Sequence record: MN871446.1
Length of the DNA stretch: 64,000 nucleotides
Strand: one strand, 5' to 3'
Source: Klebsiella phage KpLz-2_45
Part shown: positions 61,954-64,000 of the stretch, piece by piece
Position numbering within the stretch: the stretch's first letter is position 1
How the letters are laid out: each line of letters begins with the position of its first letter
Notes under the pieces: generated by a model
The model's database searches: none
What the model saw: the letters and a program-made list of their open reading frames with translations, nothing else
Told to the model about the DNA's origin: nothing
Position numbers and translations under genes: made by a program

Positions 61954-62481
61954 TTACCGGCTACTACCGGCGACGTGACTTATTTCGCCGAAGATGACGT
62001 TGACGGTCGCCAAGAGGTCTTCAAAGCCGTTATCGTGCTTCAACCAATGATACATATAATCTTTGCCGTCGATATTCAACATCATTTTAAGTTTTGGTGT
62101 TGAACGACCACGGCGGTATTTTGGTTTGTTCGGTAGCTCTCGTTCTGCCTGTAGACAGTAAGCGCGAGAGACGATTGCCATCCGGCGACGACCTGTATTA
62201 ATAAAGGAAAGTGTATCCTCTAAAAAGGCGCGCATATGAGGCGTGAGTTTTGGGTTTTCTTCTTGCGCCTGTAACCACTCAGGGAAGAAACGGAACAGAT
62301 CCATCGCCCGGTTAATAACCTTACGGCGAAATTCCCAGGAACTGGCGTCACCTTTCGGGTCAGTCGTCAACTTTTCCCATGCGGCAGTAATCAGGTCATC
62401 CGGTTCAGGTTCGGTTTTACCCCCCTCATAGAGGGGGGAGCGGAAGCCAATCGGACTGAATTGGTAAGACTGAATGTTCAT
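61954..62481 (-). CDS. hypothetical protein, about 175 aa (ORF track gives 61954..62511)
   Basis: The internal ATG at 62481 avoids a 25-nt overlap. Either start is possible. Confidence 0.45.
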   Translation of the reverse strand: MNIQSYQFSPIGFRSPLYEGGKTEPEPDDLITAAWEKLTTDPKGDASSWEFRRKVINRAMDLFRFFPEWLQAQEENPKLTPHMRAFLEDTLSFINTGRRRMAIVSRAYCLQAERELPNKPKYRRGRSTPKLKMMLNIDGKDYMYHWLKHDNGFEDLLATVNVIFGEISHVAGSSR

Positions 62482-62486
62482 CGTAC

Positions 62487-63392
62487 TTACACTCCGTATT
62501 CGCGTTCCCATTTGGAAATCTTATAGTTAAGGTCACGGAGCCGTTGTTCGGTGACTTCAATGACTTTATCCTGTGCAGCGTCGCCTTGACCTTGTTTTGC
62601 CGCCATCATCTGTGCCAGACGAAGTTCCAGCGCACGACGTTCTTCTTTGGCACGTTTGAAGCTCTCGGCCTGGTACTCAACGTAATGGGAACCGATGAAC
62701 CAGATGATGTCAGAGACAACAGGAACGAATCCCATGCGCAGCGGGTCGACTTTCTGTTTCCCAACCATCGCATTCACGTCGTCTTCTTTACCCGGATCGT
62801 AAACGATATCGGGCACGGACTCAAGGGTGTTCAGAACCTGGCGCATAGGTTGCGCAAAGACTTTCGCACAACGGCAGAAGTTCACTAGGTGATCTTCGAG
62901 CCATTTCACTTCGCCTTTGGTAAACGGTTCAACCGTAGCACCATAATCTTTACCCAGCTCCGGAATCTCTTTACCGTAAGTGTACAGCAGTACCCGGCGC
63001 GAGTAGAGACTGAAGAAATTGATCAGACTGACAACGCGCATCAACGAGATCTTGTTGTACGTCAGACCATTTTTCATAATGGCTTCGGTTTTAAACGACG
63101 AATCTAAAGCAGCCTCTAAATTCGGCATCCCTTCAGCCAGGTTACTGATAACCATCGCCAGTGAATTCACGAAATTAGAACGCGCACCCGTTTCACGAAC
63201 GTACAAAGCGTTGATACGTTTGATCGCTGGTGATTTAAACGGGTTGTTCCCGATGAAGAGTTTGTTCTCTGCGGCTGTTTTATACGGCGGCAGGGTTTCT
63301 TCAATAAGGCTCTTTCTGGCCAGCTCATATTCTTCGATAATGCGCGAGCGCTCGAAGTTAGGGACCAGTGATCTGAAAAAATCTTTCAACAT
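62487..63392 (-). CDS. hypothetical protein, 301 aa
   Basis: ORF only. Confidence 0.55.
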   Translation of the reverse strand: MLKDFFRSLVPNFERSRIIEEYELARKSLIEETLPPYKTAAENKLFIGNNPFKSPAIKRINALYVRETGARSNFVNSLAMVISNLAEGMPNLEAALDSSFKTEAIMKNGLTYNKISLMRVVSLINFFSLYSRRVLLYTYGKEIPELGKDYGATVEPFTKGEVKWLEDHLVNFCRCAKVFAQPMRQVLNTLESVPDIVYDPGKEDDVNAMVGKQKVDPLRMGFVPVVSDIIWFIGSHYVEYQAESFKRAKEERRALELRLAQMMAAKQGQGDAAQDKVIEVTEQRLRDLNYKISKWEREYGV

Positions 63393-63406
63393 GATTTTGC
63401 TCTCCC

Positions 63407-64000
63407 TTAGAAAGTAGGCGCTTTCATTGATTTGTACATCTCGAAAATCTTCATGACGTCTGGCCCGGTATTCTTCGAGGCATTTTTCATGGCGTTGATT
63501 GACAGCTCAGTAGACCCTTCAATCCCGCGGTGGAAGATTTCAACTTGTTCGAAACTCCGATCAACGACGACCAATAACATAATACCGGAGTTACGTTCGA
63601 GCGTACGGCGACCTGCTAAAGTGGAGAGTTTAATGTTCAGTTCGCGTTCCAGGATTACGCGCTGTTCCTCTGTGATGACCACGATGTTTGAAGCGGAGGC
63701 AACGGACGGACGACCGGAGATCAGACCAGCCAGGGTGTTCTTACGCTTCTGCTGAATCTGTTTCAGGTAAAGGCCGGTTTCATCTTTAATGATGTTTTTA
63801 CGGTGCTCGTCTAACAGATCGCGGACGCCAATCAGGTCAGCGAAGAAAGTCAGTTTATCCGCTTTGAATTCGTACCAGCGTTCTTTGAGGTTGCGGTTCT
63901 GAGCGCCAGCGGTCAGGAAGAGAGTCATGCTGCGCGTGGGGACCGGGACAGTCTGCAGACGAACGTTGACCGGAACTTTTATTTGGCTCTCGTCAACTGC
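63407..64000 (-). CDS. hypothetical protein, 3-prime part; reading frame stays open upstream to the window edge (at least 197 aa)
   Basis: The ATG at 63928 has no RBS, and the frame continues without a stop to position 64000. The gene is probably N-terminally truncated by the window. Confidence 0.4.
   Translation of the reverse strand, partial: AVDESQIKVPVNVRLQTVPVPTRSMTLFLTAGAQNRNLKERWYEFKADKLTFFADLIGVRDLLDEHRKNIIKDETGLYLKQIQQKRKNTLAGLISGRPSVASASNIVVITEEQRVILERELNIKLSTLAGRRTLERNSGIMLLVVVDRSFEQVEIFHRGIEGSTELSINAMKNASKNTGPDVMKIFEMYKSMKAPTF

Overview
This 64-kb window looks like a contiguous segment of a large, probably jumbo, tailed dsDNA phage genome. Nothing in it looks like host chromosome. 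Coding density is near-maximal and most genes are on the minus strand. Start and stop codons frequently overlap (ATGA, TAATG). Many intergenic GC-rich hairpins look like intrinsic terminators, and a number share an AGAGGG/CCCTCT stem core. The recognisable genes fall into three groups. DNA metabolism: thymidylate kinase, a RuvC-like resolvase, a Rad50/SbcC-like ATPase with a CxxC zinc hook, an RNase H1-type nuclease with a long C-terminal extension, and a DnaB-family helicase-like protein with a degenerate P-loop. A GNAT acetyltransferase and a DUF2493/SLOG-family protein (in a tight 6-gene operon) are also present. Tail module: two large fibre genes full of NPHxVTxAQVGLGNV phage-fibre repeats, a W-rich fibre tip, and a beta-helical spike-like protein. 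Head module: a codon-optimised 761-aa protein that is probably the major capsid protein, four tandem paralogous proteins with acidic N-terminal regions (possible internal head or scaffold proteins), and other large structural ORFs. The candidates most worth follow-up are the following. A transmembrane coiled-coil gene has a +1-frame embedded lipoprotein ORF, which is lambda Rz/Rz1-like spanin architecture, and it sits inside the tail-fibre block. A 739-aa protein carries an about 90-aa RG/RGG-rich disordered linker. A near-identical 25-nt motif, CTCAATAAGGTRATATAG..TCTGAA, recurs at two loci. The major capsid gene has a TTGACA..TAAAAT promoter overlapped by a perfect 12-bp palindrome. No tRNA, rRNA or CRISPR array was found. 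Most ORFs have no recognisable function from sequence alone. All family assignments are motif-level inferences made without database searches.
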